DNA of 64,000 nt from NCBI GenBank assembly GCA_043228905.1, contig JBHGNT010000013.1, positions 10,974,001 to 11,038,000 of the forward strand, in the 5' to 3' direction. Position 1 is the stretch's first letter. Every line of letters begins with the position of its first letter. A program made the translations under genes and the position numbers. This document shows positions 13,360 to 26,028 of the stretch, piece after piece. This stretch comes from Azolla caroliniana. Taxonomy: Eukaryota; Plantae; Polypodiophyta. The notes under the pieces are model-generated. The model was not told the DNA's origin, made no database searches, and saw only the letters and a list, made by a program, of their open reading frames with translations.

Positions 13360-13950
13360 TGTAGGGAATATGCGGAATAATCTTCGGCCACAACCGAGAC
13401 TTAGATCACTTAATGATAATCAAACACAATACAAATGGACAAATGGAAGTAAGTACACAAACATAAGAGAATGCACATGATGTTAGCGTGGAAAACCCTA
13501 AACGGGAAAAAACCACGGGAGCCCACAGACTCCAAACTATCACTATGTAAGGAGAATACAACAAGGGAGCACAGAGGCAATGACCTCGTGCTCACAGTTT
13601 TCGCATGGCGGTGGTTACAACAGGGATTCACTCTGTCTCTTTGTCTCTCTCTTTCCCTTTGCTACGCTCTGTACAACAGTTACACCAATAATGACAACAC
13701 ACTGATACACACAAAGTTTGCCCTAGGTCATATTTATCTAATATGACTTTTGGGCTATTTACAAATATAGCACCAGTGGGCTCTCTGGGACATATTTACA
13801 TATATGTCCCTTCATTCGGTGAGAGGTTCTCACCGGGCCTGCAACATCCGGTTCTCACCGGGTCTGCATCATCTGGTTCTCACCGGGCCTTCATCATCCG
13901 GTTCTCACCCGGCCTTCATCATCCCATTTAGAGGGACCGAGATCCTAACA
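13360..13950 (-). repeat. 5' LTR of the copia element
   Basis: Direct repeat of 9386-9968. Confidence 0.93.
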
Positions 13951-15779
13951 CCTTTAACGCTTGGCCTTAGGACTGCTTGAAGCTTGCATGACTATTTCTT
14001 GTGGGGAAGCGGAAGCGGACCGTTGTTCGTGTTGCAAAGCGACGATTTCTGTTATCTGAGTGTTTTCTTCTTCCTCCCAGTTGGTCGTGGTAAGGTCTTC
14101 GAGTCTGCGCTTTTGTGGACATGGTGTTGGTGCAAGGTAGGTCAGGCTTGACGTGGGAAGAGGCTGTGGAGGAAATAGTATCGTGAAATACTGTTGGATG
14201 ACGGGGTGAAGCTTTTTACCTGCATGGAAGGCGCGGAGTCCTTCACGCAGGGAGGGCCTTGTAATCACGCCCCAATCCACGGGATGCCCTTCGAAGGTCT
14301 AGATGATAATGCCGGCCTTATGCTTTGGCATCCGATATGCGTTAGGGTTAACGCACCCTACCTCTAACAGGAATCTCATGATCTTGCGGGAAAAGGGATC
14401 AGGAACATCCCTTGTTCTGGAAGCCTTGGTGGAGACAGAATACTCACCGAAATAACGCTTGAGAACCTCTGAGGGAGGCATCTCGAAATGGCATTCGTTA
14501 GTCCTAGTCAAGCCCAGCTTCTTCCTCATACGGGTGTTGTTGACTGTATCCATGTTGACTTTTGCAGCCATATCCCATGAATTGGGGTGGGGCGGCGCCT
14601 CTGCCACTCAAATGTAGCCTGCTAAGCCATGGTCTTGCAGCCATCACCGGAGAGTGGGGGAGATGTCGATCATCGTGGTGCTCTCATCGTCGACTGAGTG
14701 CTGAGAGGAGTGAGGGGAGTGGGTTGAGGGCAAGGAGCAAGAGGTAGAGAGTTTGTGAGAGCGAGGGGAGCGAGGTGTTTTTCTGTTATGTGTAGAAAAG
14801 TGGCCCAAATTCCCTTTTTGTGAGGCAGTGAGATTAGGGTTCAAGATTCGGTGAGTCATTGTGTGCACGTGTCTCCTTGATTTCTTGGAAGTTGCGTTTG
14901 CATGCAAGATCCTTAAATAGTTATGAATGCCCTTTTTTTTTCCCCTTTTGTCCATACCTAAGGGTCATGGTTGTCATTATGATACATTAGTGCTACATAA
15001 CTACAAGTGGGGTCACTTTTAATGCGACATGCGTGGGTTCCCCGAAATTGGTGTGGCGGGAAGTGGGCCTTCGTTTGTTGTTTTGGCTATGAAGGGATTC
15101 GGTGGTGTAGGGCCCCAATATGGCTTAAGTCGAAAGCCGTTGACCTTTTGTCATAAGACTTCCCCTACGAGAGTGCCAAGTTTGAATGTAACATTTTTGA
15201 CACTGTGAAAGTGTGAATGTAACATCCGGAGGGCAAGAACACAAACCAAGGTTTTGAGGATAGGTCAAACCAAAAGCAAGAAACATGGAGAAAAGTAAAA
15301 GAAGAAAAAAGTTGGCCACCAAAACACAGTCTGAAACGAACGATCATAACTCTTTTGTTTGAAACCTAAATATAATATGCAAATATGGGTTAGAAAGCTC
15401 GTGAAGTCAGCTATCTGAAAAAGTTTTAAAAAAAGCATGAAAAAGAAAGCAATGGGAGGTTATCTAGTAGAAAAGACCTTTATATAAAGCAAGAAGAGTA
15501 AGGTGGTGGGGGTTAAGTCTACTTCTTGTGGTCTTTTCTTGCCCATTCATGTAGTGTGGTTGAGTTGTTATCAATATATCTTTGTAGGTTTGGATTTATG
15601 TATCTTCTTTCTCTCTTCCTTCTATCATGATCATTCATTATCAATAGATCTTTGTTGTTTTGGATCTATATATCGGCTTGATCTCTTCTTTTTATCATCA
15701 CTCTTTCAGACACCAATTATCCAATATGGCCTAGTCCATCAGAAACGAAGTTTTTTGAGCATTTGTCCTATCCTTGTTT

Positions 15780-18700
15780 GAAATACGAGTATGACTTTTC
15801 CGATCGTGAATTTTTTTTCATTCCATCCTTAGTGCCGATCCACAAACGCCTTTCGACAACGTTGTGCGTGTTCTAGAACTGCCATGCTTCGAACCCTATC
15901 TTCACCAAGCTCAAGGAGTTGATGTAAGTGTAACTGTTCGGACTACTCCTCGGGGAGACGCTTCCTAATATGTATTTGTAAAATTGGGACCTGGAATTCA
16001 ACGAGCATTATGGCTTCGAGCCCAAACACAAGTCAGAATGGCGTCGACTGGATACTGGTCTTGAAAGTTGTTCGATATGCCCATAAGGGCATTGTGTAGT
16101 TTCGTATCCCCGTCCGTGCTATTCTTGTTGACGATCCTTTTCAAAATGTTTTGCAAGTTCTTATTCGTCGACTTTGGGAGTCCATTCTCTTGTGGGTAGT
16201 ACGGGGTGGCTCTTTTTGTGCACTATGGTGGGTGATCCCGTGAATAACCGCATTGAGAAAGTGTCCTCCTTGGTCACTAATTAGTTCTATTGGGCATTCG
16301 AAATGGGACCAAATGTGCTCATACAAAAACTTTGCGGTGGATGCCGCCATGTTGTCTCGTAACGCCTTTGCTTTGAGCCATTTCGTACAGTAATCTGTGG
16401 CCACTATGATGTACTTATTACCTATGCGTGCTGCGACTGGAGTAAATGGTCTGACGAAATGGAGAGCCCATTTTTGGAATGGTTCGAGTGGTAGCATGGG
16501 CTGATGTGACATTCGAGCTTGCTCCATCAGTTGGCCCATCCGCCGACATAGGTCGCATTCCTTACAGTATGCGTGGGTACCCTTTTGTGTCCTTGGCCAC
16601 CAGAGCCCTCCTTGCCACATCTTACGCACGATCGCCTCTCCCACGTAATGACACCCTGCTATACCGTAATGGTCTTCCCGTAGTACGACGTTCTTCTCGT
16701 CCTGTTGAACACACCTCCGCCAAATGCTGTCGCTTCCTTTATGGTACAAGATTCCTTCGAGCAGGCAAAAGTTGTGACTTCTGAACACCAATCACTTCTT
16801 TTCGTTCGTTCGCATTCGTGGGGGTGGTAGCCTTGTGCGTAAGAAATAGGTCATATCCTCCAGCCAATTATTGGGGGTGGTCTTGCCCATCACGACGTCA
16901 CTTGCGGAAATGCATAGGATTTCGGTGTCCTGAAAGTCATCTTCTCCTTCGACATCCTCCTCGCCATTTTCGATCCGGGTCAAATAATCTGCCATTGCGT
17001 GCTGAGTGCTTTGTCGGTGCTAGATTTCGAACTCGAATTCTTGCAAGAGCAACATCCATCCAGCCAGTTTCCTAGTCAATGATTGCTTTGAGACTAGGTA
17101 AATTAGCGCCACGTGGTCCACATGCAAAACGAAATTTCGGCCCAGTAGGTAGTGTCGAAATTTGTTGATACTGTAAATCATACCGAGGGCTTCACGCTCG
17201 GTCGTGGAATAGGTCCACTTGGCGACTGACAGTTTCCGGTTGGAGTAGTACACCGGTCGATACCAATTGGGCTCAGTTAACTGCATTTATGCGCTACCAA
17301 TGGCTGTATCTGATGCATCCATGAAAACGTGGCTGCACTACGAGTGCTTGTGTGAGCAATACCTTTAACGCCAGGTATGCCTTGTCCGTCTCCGTCCAAC
17401 TGAATGGGGTGCAGTGCATTGTCGCATGTAATGGTGTAGCGAAATCTGTCAAATAGCGCAGCATGTGGCTGTGCCAACGGATTTGCCCCAGAAAACGAGT
17501 GAGGGCCTTTGCATTTTTTGGTCTTGGGGCCTCATTGATGGCCTTGATCTTTCCTAGATTGACCGCGATGCCTTCTCGACTGACATATGTTAGAGGAGAG
17601 CCCCGCTTGTGACGTCGAATGCGCACTTGGCCGGATTGAGGCTAAGCCATGCTGAATGACATCTATCTAAGCATAATCATAAATGTTGTAATGATCAGCT
17701 CGTGCCCCATATATTACAAAATCATCGAGGAAGACTTGCATGAACGTCGGAATATATTCGCCGAAAACTGTACATTTGGTGCCTAGCTACAACGTTGAGT
17801 ACACTATTCTTGAATGGAAGGGGAAAGGCGTATGTGATTGTGATTGCATTAAGCTTTCGGTAGTCAACGCACACGCGATTTTTTCCGTTCTTCTTCAATA
17901 TGAGTACGATCAGACTCAGCCATGTGGCCTGCTTGACTGGCCTAATGAACCCGATTTTCAAGGGTTTATCGAACTTCTCTTTTACGCATGCCGCATAATT
18001 CAGGTTCATGCGGTAACACCGTTGTTGGATGGATTTGGTGTCCGTCGCCAGATTAATCTGATGTTGGTAAAATTTAGGATCCAGCCCTTCATAGCCTCGT
18101 TTGATCATGCAAACACGTCTTTATACTTGTGTAGAAGTTTGGTCTTGGCTACCTTCTCCAAAGGGGGTAGGTCATTAATTTCTTCTAAGGCTGATGTTGT
18201 GACACTGTCGTGAAGATTCCGGGCCATGGTGAGAAATCGGGGAATATCGGAAGAATTGGCGGAGTGCATCATGTGCACTTACCCTTGTAAAAACGTGTGA
18301 ATAATAGGGGTGCCTTTATGGCGCCGAGTAGGAGTCAAGTCGGGATAGAGAATCCCATGTAAATCGTGATTTATCCCACATTGTAACGCATCCCTCTCCT
18401 TATTCTATGAAAGGAAGGGAGGGTCCCTTGTAGAGGGGTTGCCCATTTTGAGTTAGGAGGGTATACCCCTTAGGTCTAGGGTTTGGTAGTGTTCTTCCTC
18501 TTCATCTTATTCTTAGGGTTTCTACTTTGGTCTTTCACCCTATTTCGTTTTAGGGTTTTATTTTTGTCTTCCTCATTGTCTCATGGGTTTGGTTCATTCT
18601 TTCGAGTGGACGTTAGTATTCTGTTTAGGTTCTTCTTCTTGTGAGAGTACTTGCGAGTTAGGGTTTATGCAGTTTAGGGTTTCGGGTGTTACTCTCTCTT

Positions 18701-21560
18701 CTTCGTGTGAGAGTTTGGTTTGGTTTGGGGGTTCCTACAATGGCGGCTTTAGGCATTCCGGTGGCAGCACTTGGTGACTCGGCTTCCTCTCCTCGATGGA
18801 GAGCGTTTCATGTGGTGGCCGGTTTGAGAAGGGAGGGTGAAGTGGCACGGGAACACTCCACCGTCTTCGGGGCATGACCAATGGTGGAGGTCGCGGTCCC
18901 GATGGCCCACTTGACTCACCTTCGCCGGTTCCCATTCTTAACTTGTTGTATTAGCCTATTGATATGTAATAGCTACCGGATTCGGGGCATGTAACCGTCT
19001 TGTTGTAAGACTCTTGTAATATATATTCATGTTAGTGTATATCTATCTTCCTTGTAACATATTTCAGTCGGGTCCATAATCGTGGTGGACCGTTTTCGTG
19101 AAACCCTACGTTCGTTGGAGCCAGAAGCCAATTCCGGACCGAAGCCCACAAAGCTTAAGGACTCCACCATCCGCCTCCCTAGTCCAAGACCCCCGCGGCC
19201 CCGCCTAAGATCCTACACGTACTCGCGGAATATCGTGACAACGCATCGAGAGATTTCCATTTATCGATTGAACACGTCCTGCGCCCTACGGAGTTCCATT
19301 TGGGCCTTTGTATCAGGTTCACATTCTTAGATGTATCAGGTTCACATTCTTTGACGGCCGATGTTGTGGGTGCGATGTATGCGCATGCTGTTTCGATGAC
19401 GTCGATTTCGAATAGTGGTACTATTCGCGGATTCTGCTCCAGATATGTGTCGAGTTCCTCATTGTCAAGCCCCTCCAACATGTGGACTTCTTCCACAAAC
19501 AACAGAGTCATGGCTTTAGTGGGTGGTGTGCTTCCCTGTGTTAGAACCCGAACCTTGGTTTGCCCCCTTTGGAACTGATGTTGTTGTGCTGCCAATTTTG
19601 CTTGATGTTAACGAAATGCAGCCATGGGCGGCCCAGCTGGAGTGGGTATGTGTCAGGGGCATCAAGAACTAATACGACGACTACTATCTCAAATGCATGA
19701 CTGTCGTCACGATTTTCGTAGTAGTCCTAGTGGTCAGACCGATTGTGTATGCGCCATGCGGAGCTAGAATAGCTTGTTCATTGGCAGGGTAATCTGACAA
19801 TCCGCGAGAGCTTGCCATACCGGATCCTCCCCTAGTGTTGAATCCTCATTGCGGAAGGATGATGCCACTGCTTCTGTCTCCTGACGCATGCGATTTATGT
19901 TAGCCCCATTTGCTTTGTCGACCCAGGCTTTGGCAACTTCCCGAACATTGTCTTGTTCTGCCCACTCAACTGCATTTGTCTTGCTCCAAGTAGTGACTTA
20001 CTAGACTTTTGGCGTGATGGTATTCACGGACGGGCCCTTTCCCCTATCGTGTCGTGGGCACTGAGTTGAGTAGTGTCCTGGCTGTTGGCAAATGAAACAG
20101 TGCATGCTAGACTCACCTTTTTCGGCAGGAAGTGGAGGCATGGGCTCGACTGGTAGTCACCTGCTCGTCCCCAGGTCGTTGGTGCTACCGTGTATTCTGG
20201 GGCTTCTAATGGTAATCAAGAAAATTATCATGGCATCGCTCATCCTCTGAACTATCGTTGTGGTCTTGTTGGTTTCAATGTTTTCGATTGCCGCCATATG
20301 ACTGTGAGTTGGCCTGTCCACCGCGATTGTTTGTGGGGCGCTGATTATCGTCACGTTGACCTCCATGGTCGTTATATCGATCGTTCCGCTGATACTCTTC
20401 TTCCTCTTGATCATCATCATCTGAATATTGATCATTGTCTCGGTTATAACGACTGGGCCGACCTGAATGGCGATTATGCTCCGTGCTGTGATCACGCTCG
20501 GCTTGTTGGAGGCGATCGGATTGTCAGTTTTTCCATTGGGCCTCGATACGACGAACTGGCGCCGTGGATCTATTCAGTATATTATATTCACATTGGTCAA
20601 CGGTATGCGCCCGAGAGTGACAAATAGGGCAGTGGGCACACATGTTGTAGTCGATTGCTGAGTGACATGGGTTAAGATAGATTATGCATTGAATGGCCTG
20701 GTGGAAGCGATACTCTTCGTCTCGTGGTAACGCTTGTCGTAAGGATGTCATGGACATACCTTCGTCTTCATCTTCTAGCTCCATCTGCAGGGCCCATTCG
20801 ATGTGTGTGTCTGCCGCTTGGCTTGTAAAATTCTGCATTCCCAGCATCGATCACAAGGGCCGGTGCAAGGCGGCTAGGAAAGTTTCCTTAGACTCATCCT
20901 CGGTAGGGGCCTGTGTTACCTGGCGTCGTAAGTTTTGGAACAACAGGTTAAAATCAGCGACCGATTCCTGTTGGAGATGCCGGATGGAATAAAACTGGTT
21001 GATGATTTCGCGTTGCGGAATGCTCATGTGAAAGAAGCGTAGGAACGCCGTGTGGAGCTTATTGAAGGTCATAAAGGTCGCGATATTGAGCAGGGAGTGC
21101 CATTGGGTGGCTCGCCCGTCGAGAGTGAGTCCAAACTCTGTGTTTTGAGAAGCATTAGCTTCGGCTTCTAGGAGCCGTTGTGACATGTGGTTTGTGCCCT
21201 AGACATTTAGGAACGATTGGATGTGGGCTTCTGCATTGGTTTCTCTGTTGTAACGAGGATACGAGAAAGCCATCGTTGTGCTCGTAGATCATCCGAGACT
21301 ATTGTAAGTGGACTCGAACCGGTGTGGTGAGGTTTGGTTGTACTGGTGCATTCACTATTGGGGTGAAATGGGGAGAGGACCTCCTGCCCAATCCCGCTCT
21401 GCTCATTGAGCGCCGACTCAAATGTGCTTTTGGAGAGGTCTGGGAAGCAGTTGTCGAGGCACGATCTTTCCGCCGCACGTTCTGCCGCTTTTCGGGATTC
21501 AGCCTGAGTCTGTGGTTTACATCGACAAGTTGTTTCTTTGCTGCCTCTACGGCTAGACGG
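15780..21560 (-). pseudogene. Decayed gag-pol of element B
   Basis: Fragments with IVATDYCTKW, SDQGGHF (INT), YSTTEREAL (RH), VCVDYRKLN (RT), CPICHSRAH (gag); many stops and frameshifts. Confidence 0.85.
18206..19240 (+). mobile_element. Solo LTR (Phygy-like family) inserted in B pol
   Basis: TGTCGTGAAGATT...TATCGTGACA termini; 4-bp TSD acac/acgc. Confidence 0.8.
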
Positions 21561-21600
21561 CATCCATCCCTTCATGTTCAGCTGTGTAAATGTCACAGAT

Positions 21601-21614
21601 CACCAGGCATGCCA
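21601..21614 (-). promoter_or_regulatory. PBS of B (decayed tRNA-Arg UCU-type)
   Basis: Plus strand caccaggcatgcca, consistent with CpG-decayed CACCGGGCGTGCCA, 4 nt from the LTR start at 21619. Confidence 0.6.
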
Positions 21615-21708
21615 ATAGTGTTACCGGCTTTGGTAAACATGGTGCCTAACCCTCAGTTCTTTGAGGTTTGACTCAAGAAGATTATGGTTCAGAGAATGGA
21701 CAGTACGT

Positions 21709-22331
21709 TGTTGTGAAGATTCTAGGCCATAGGAGGAAACAGTGTGAAACACGTGGGAACACGGATGTGCATGAGTGCATATCCCTACTGAATTAAACTA
21801 TGTAAATACTAGGTATTGGTAGGATGAGGGGTGGTAAGTAGTTAGAGCATTAATAGGAGTTCCGACATCGCATAGGGGGAAGAGTTACGAAGAGAACGAA
21901 TCGAGGAGTGAATCTGGGGAGGAAAGTGATAGGTCTTAAAGGCTTTTGTAACGGTCGCTCCTTGCGCTATAAAAGGGGCGGCTTCAAACTATTTTAGGGG
22001 CGATCTGGAGGAAAAGAAGAGAAGCAGATGAGCTCTACACTCCATCACCGGCTTTGATCCGGTTGTAATCGTTTACCGCGCCGTGCGCGTGTTCCCTATC
22101 TACTTAATATAAGTTGTTCACCGCGTCTCTGTCTGTTTGTTTGTGTGGGTGTTCGTGACTACGCACGACTCTCTATCTCCCTCTCTCTCTTTCACTACAA
22201 TTCTCTGTTTACCCGCGGTCTCGGTGCCTCCGCGAAGTGCAGACTCTTGCCCCCTCACTTCCCTGATTCCTTGGTTCAAGACCCCCGTGGTTCTGCCCCA
22301 TTTCTACGCATCCGTGTGGATTTCCGTGACA
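21709..22331 (+). repeat. 5' LTR of C
   Basis: TGTTGTGAAGATT...TCCGTGACA; TATAAAA at ~21968; homologous to 39272 onward. Confidence 0.88.
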
Positions 22332-22335
22332 TTGT

Positions 22336-22352
22336 TGGTGAACCCGACGTGA
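22336..22352 (+). promoter_or_regulatory. PBS complementary to the plant tRNA-Trp 3' end
   Basis: TGGTGAACCCGACGTGA; the same motif occurs at 42491-42507 and 62732-62748 on minus. Confidence 0.85.
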
Positions 22353-24775
22353 AAGGTGGTGGCAAAGGAATCCAGAAAATGAGAGGGAGCGAACTTGCGG
22401 AAGCAATGGCGGTGGTGGTAGACCGCCTGGTTAGCACTAGTGAGGGCACGAGTGCCCTCGATAGGGCCATAGAAGCAACGGTTGACAAGATAGGTTTGTT
22501 CAGTGGGAAAGACGCCACGAGTTACTTAGAGGCCTACAAATCTGAAATGCAAATGAGGAATATACTAGAGGATAGACGACTGACAAGGTTTCCCCGGGTC
22601 GTGACGCCGAGCATCCATACGGAGATGATCGAAATACAAGTGGGCGGACTTCGCGGAGCAAGTTCTCGAAAGGAACAACTATGATGACTCACTCCGACTA
22701 TCAAGAAAGGACTTTGTGGATTGGGTTAACAGCCTTGACAAGGGCCATAACGCTTCGGCCCTCCTCCAGGAGTTTGAGTCATGGTTCGCGCGACTCTCTA
22801 CGTTGGACTGGACCGTGCTTGAGATGAGCAAGGTCCTATTGTTTGTTACATCGTTTGATTTGCGCTTCTGCGAAAGCGTGGGCCTTCTTCTTGAAACAAG
22901 CAATGGTTTCACGATCGACTAGGCTATTGTCAAAGAAGTGTGTGGCAGTATCGACAAACGAAGTGACAGGAAAGAGAAGGGGTCTTCGCCGGCCAAACTA
23001 GCTATCAAAATTAGGGCTGAGCCAACACCGACCCGAACGGAAGAAGTGAGGAGGTGGCTCGAGTTAGGCCCGCCCCAGGCAAACGTAGTCGTGGGGCCTT
23101 CAGGCGGCACAGGACTGGAAGAACTAACAAGGATGGTGCGTGACCTCTAGATCGCCCAGGCCCGACGAAGTGACGAGGGTCAGCCGCGCGACCGGCGACC
23201 GACGGCCAACCAAAGGTGCATATGGTGCGACACCATCGGACATGCCTAGAGAGATTGCACCAACTTCGGCAAAGCACTCAGGAGTAATGTGATTTACCTT
23301 TCGAATGGCAGGATTCATGCGAGCGACATGCGAAGAATGCTTGACGTAAATTTTGGACGGGGTGTCATGAAGAGTTTAATGGAAGAGGCCGCGGCGCAAC
23401 ACGTCAAAGCCATCCACTACCCGGCTTCGGCTGGGCGAAAAGGTGGCTAAGCCTGATACGAAACCCGGGTTCTGGCCAGTGGTACTCAAGACCTTGTTCG
23501 GGGGAAGGCTGCAGAAGGAAGAAGCGGACCGCGCAGAGGAGCGTGTGCACAAGGTCACTGGCTGGAGTGACTGAGTTGAGGAAAACACTGGCTTTGTGGA
23601 AGTTGCGTGCAGGAATTACGAAGCTATGATTGATGAAAGGGAAGCCGGAAAGACCAGGGGGGTAGGCCCTTCGGGGAGGTATGACACCCGAAATGGGTCC
23701 AAGAGGCATGATGCCACTCCAACCAGTTCCCAGGAGAAGGAAAAGGGCAGGGGTCCGAGCTTCCGATTAAACTCAGAGATCGAGAAAACGATGGACCTAC
23801 AGAAGGGAAGTTCTTGATAGTCACATAGAATTCACGCTAAGGGAAGTGCTCGGAATAGCAAGAAGGGAATTCCACGATAGCATCATGGAGCTCGTAAAAA
23901 GAAAGCGTCTCACGACAGAATCGGAACCCGAGAAGCCGGTTGAAGTAAGGGCGGCGTTCCTCGACGAGATGGCAGCAGAAGACGAGCTTGCGGAAAGCCA
24001 CTATGCCAAGCCACACTAGGCAAGAGCAACTACGGAAACCCTGATTCGCATCGGGGACGTGAAGGAACCGGTGTTAGCATAGATCGACCACGGGTCGGAA
24101 ATCAATGTGATGTCTATGGACTTCTACAAAAGGGGGAAATGGCCAATCAACACCAAACATGGGTGGAAGATACGCGCGACTACGAGAGCCACGGAAGAAC
24201 TACACAGAGCTTGCCCGAACGTCAGAGTGAGCGTCGGAGACGTCGACATAAACCAACACTTTTTCGTGCAAGAGACGTCTTCCCACCCGGTCATCCTCGA
24301 CGAACCATACATCACGACGGCTAGAATGGAGACGAAAGTGCTAGACAATGGCTCGGCTTACGCAAGGGCAAAAAGTCAGGACGACCGCCATTCTGTCCAG
24401 TTTTTTATGGTGATGAAGAATCACGAGCTGAATCGGGACACCCTCGAAAATAACGACCGAGCGGATTTTTAGAAAGGGCTATCAAGGCGTGGGGCCGCAA
24501 TAGTCTGGATGGCTGGAAAATTCCCCACACTTGTAATATAGGTAGGAAAATTTTGTTCTTTGACAACAAGGGTTGTACCATAACCGACATTAGTGGCCGG
24601 GAAAGGAAACGGGCCGAGATGCGCTTAAAGGCGTGCGGAGCCTTGAGTCACGACGAAAGGATTGGGGAAGTCGTGGAGGCAGTCTCATTTGATGACACCC
24701 TTGGACAAATCGGGAGGGTAGTCGAAGGAGGCCTGAGCGAAGACCGGGTCATACCAGCCAACTCGGTCAACACGT

Positions 24776-26028
24776 TGTCGTGAAGATCCGTCACTACGCC
24801 CGGATCGTGAGGCGGAACCGCCGGGGTTCTGGACCGGAAGGATTCAAAGTCGATACAAGCTTTGGCGAGAAAGTACTTAAGATAGTTTGGGAAAGAGAGA
24901 AGTTGAGATTAAACGATTGAGAGAGATTGATTGAACTTTTAACTTTAGATTTAAGAAACAAGTTACACCATCAATTTGATAACGAATTTCTTCTTCTTAA
25001 TTTCATAATAAAAAAAAACGTGTTTTTTCTCCTCCCCCTTCCTTCTTTTATAGATGCTCTCATGCATATGATGCATGTGAGGGTACAAGACATGCATAAA
25101 TTGCATGTTTGCCATTTGGCGCTTATGTATTACATGTGGTGCATGATAACCATGTCACTCATTTTAGCTCTTATGTATGAGAATTTACATGTAAAAGTAC
25201 AATGATAGAAATATAATTTCAACTAAATAGCATGGCTTAATGGTAAGCGAATTGATTCCTAACTTGGAGGTGCAAGGTTCGAATCCTTCCTTGCCCTCCT
25301 TGTATATGTATATATCTATATATATTTATATATTTATTTATCTAGTCGCCGGACGCCGGTTCGTCGGATGTCGTTACCGGTGCCGTCGCCGGATACCGGT
25401 GCCGCCTTGTATATGTATATATGTATATATATTTATATACTTATTTATCTAGTCGCCGGACGCCGGTTCGTCGGATGCCGTCGGTTACCGGTGCCTCGCC
25501 GGATGTCGTCACCGGATGCCGCCGCCTCGCCGTCGTTGGATTGCCGTCGGATGCCGGTCTCTCACTGGCGCTGGATGCCGTTGGATCACCGTCGCCGGAT
25601 TGCCGTTGGATGCCGCCGGATCACCAGCTCCATCGCCGGTCCGGTTTTGGTTGGCCAAAACCCTTTACGAGTAGCTAGTCCACCTCCACTCTTAGTTCAA
25701 GTTACCTTGAACTCTCTATGCTCCACACATAGACACAAAGATAATATCTTTTGCTCCACCTTATATATGATGAGAGCCGTATTTGTCGAGCCTATGTGGG
25801 ATATCTCACAATTTTCTCTTTTCCTTTCACAAACTTTATACCCTCATATCTTGACATTTAGTTGTCCGTTTCTCGTGTAATAAAGTGCATTCGAAACCTC
25901 CATCATTTTGTACTTAGATATTAAATTTATTTAAAATGTTATCTTCACAATTATTGTATTATGTGATTTATACTCGATTTTGTACGTTTTATGGGATTTT
26001 CACACTATTGCCGAAAATCTTCACGACA
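24776..26028 (-). mobile_element. Solo LTR (Phygy-like) inserted in C
   Basis: 12-bp terminal inverted repeat tgtcgtgaagat/atcttcacgaca; TSD acgt/acgt; reverse-complement homolog of 37834-38926. Confidence 0.9.

Larger units (their letters stand above)
9386..13950 (-). mobile_element. Ty1/copia LTR retrotransposon, degenerate and internally deleted
   Basis: LTRs 9386-9968 and 13360-13950; TSD ccttc/ccttt; PBS TGGTATCAGAGC; PPT; order PR (WVVDSGASFH), GAG-pre-integrase (LWHKRLCH), INT (ELVHTD, DNGGEY), RT (YKARIVVKG, QLDVKTAFLHG), RH (ALSTTEAE). Confidence 0.95.
7349..14607 (-). pseudogene. Decayed extra 3' ORF of B (coiled-coil, homologous to the extra ORF of F), split by the copia insertion
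   Basis: Fragments KRYFGEYSVSTK, RMPKHKAGIII, VDW and CEDLTQDYQNLAD align with IKYFGEYSLASK, VMPQNRAGMII, KVDW and RDELVDDFQVLAD in F. Confidence 0.7.

Noticed and set aside
25229-25296. Functional tRNA gene
   Set aside because: A and B boxes are present, but I cannot build convincing acceptor and anticodon stems, and the module lies inside LTRs.
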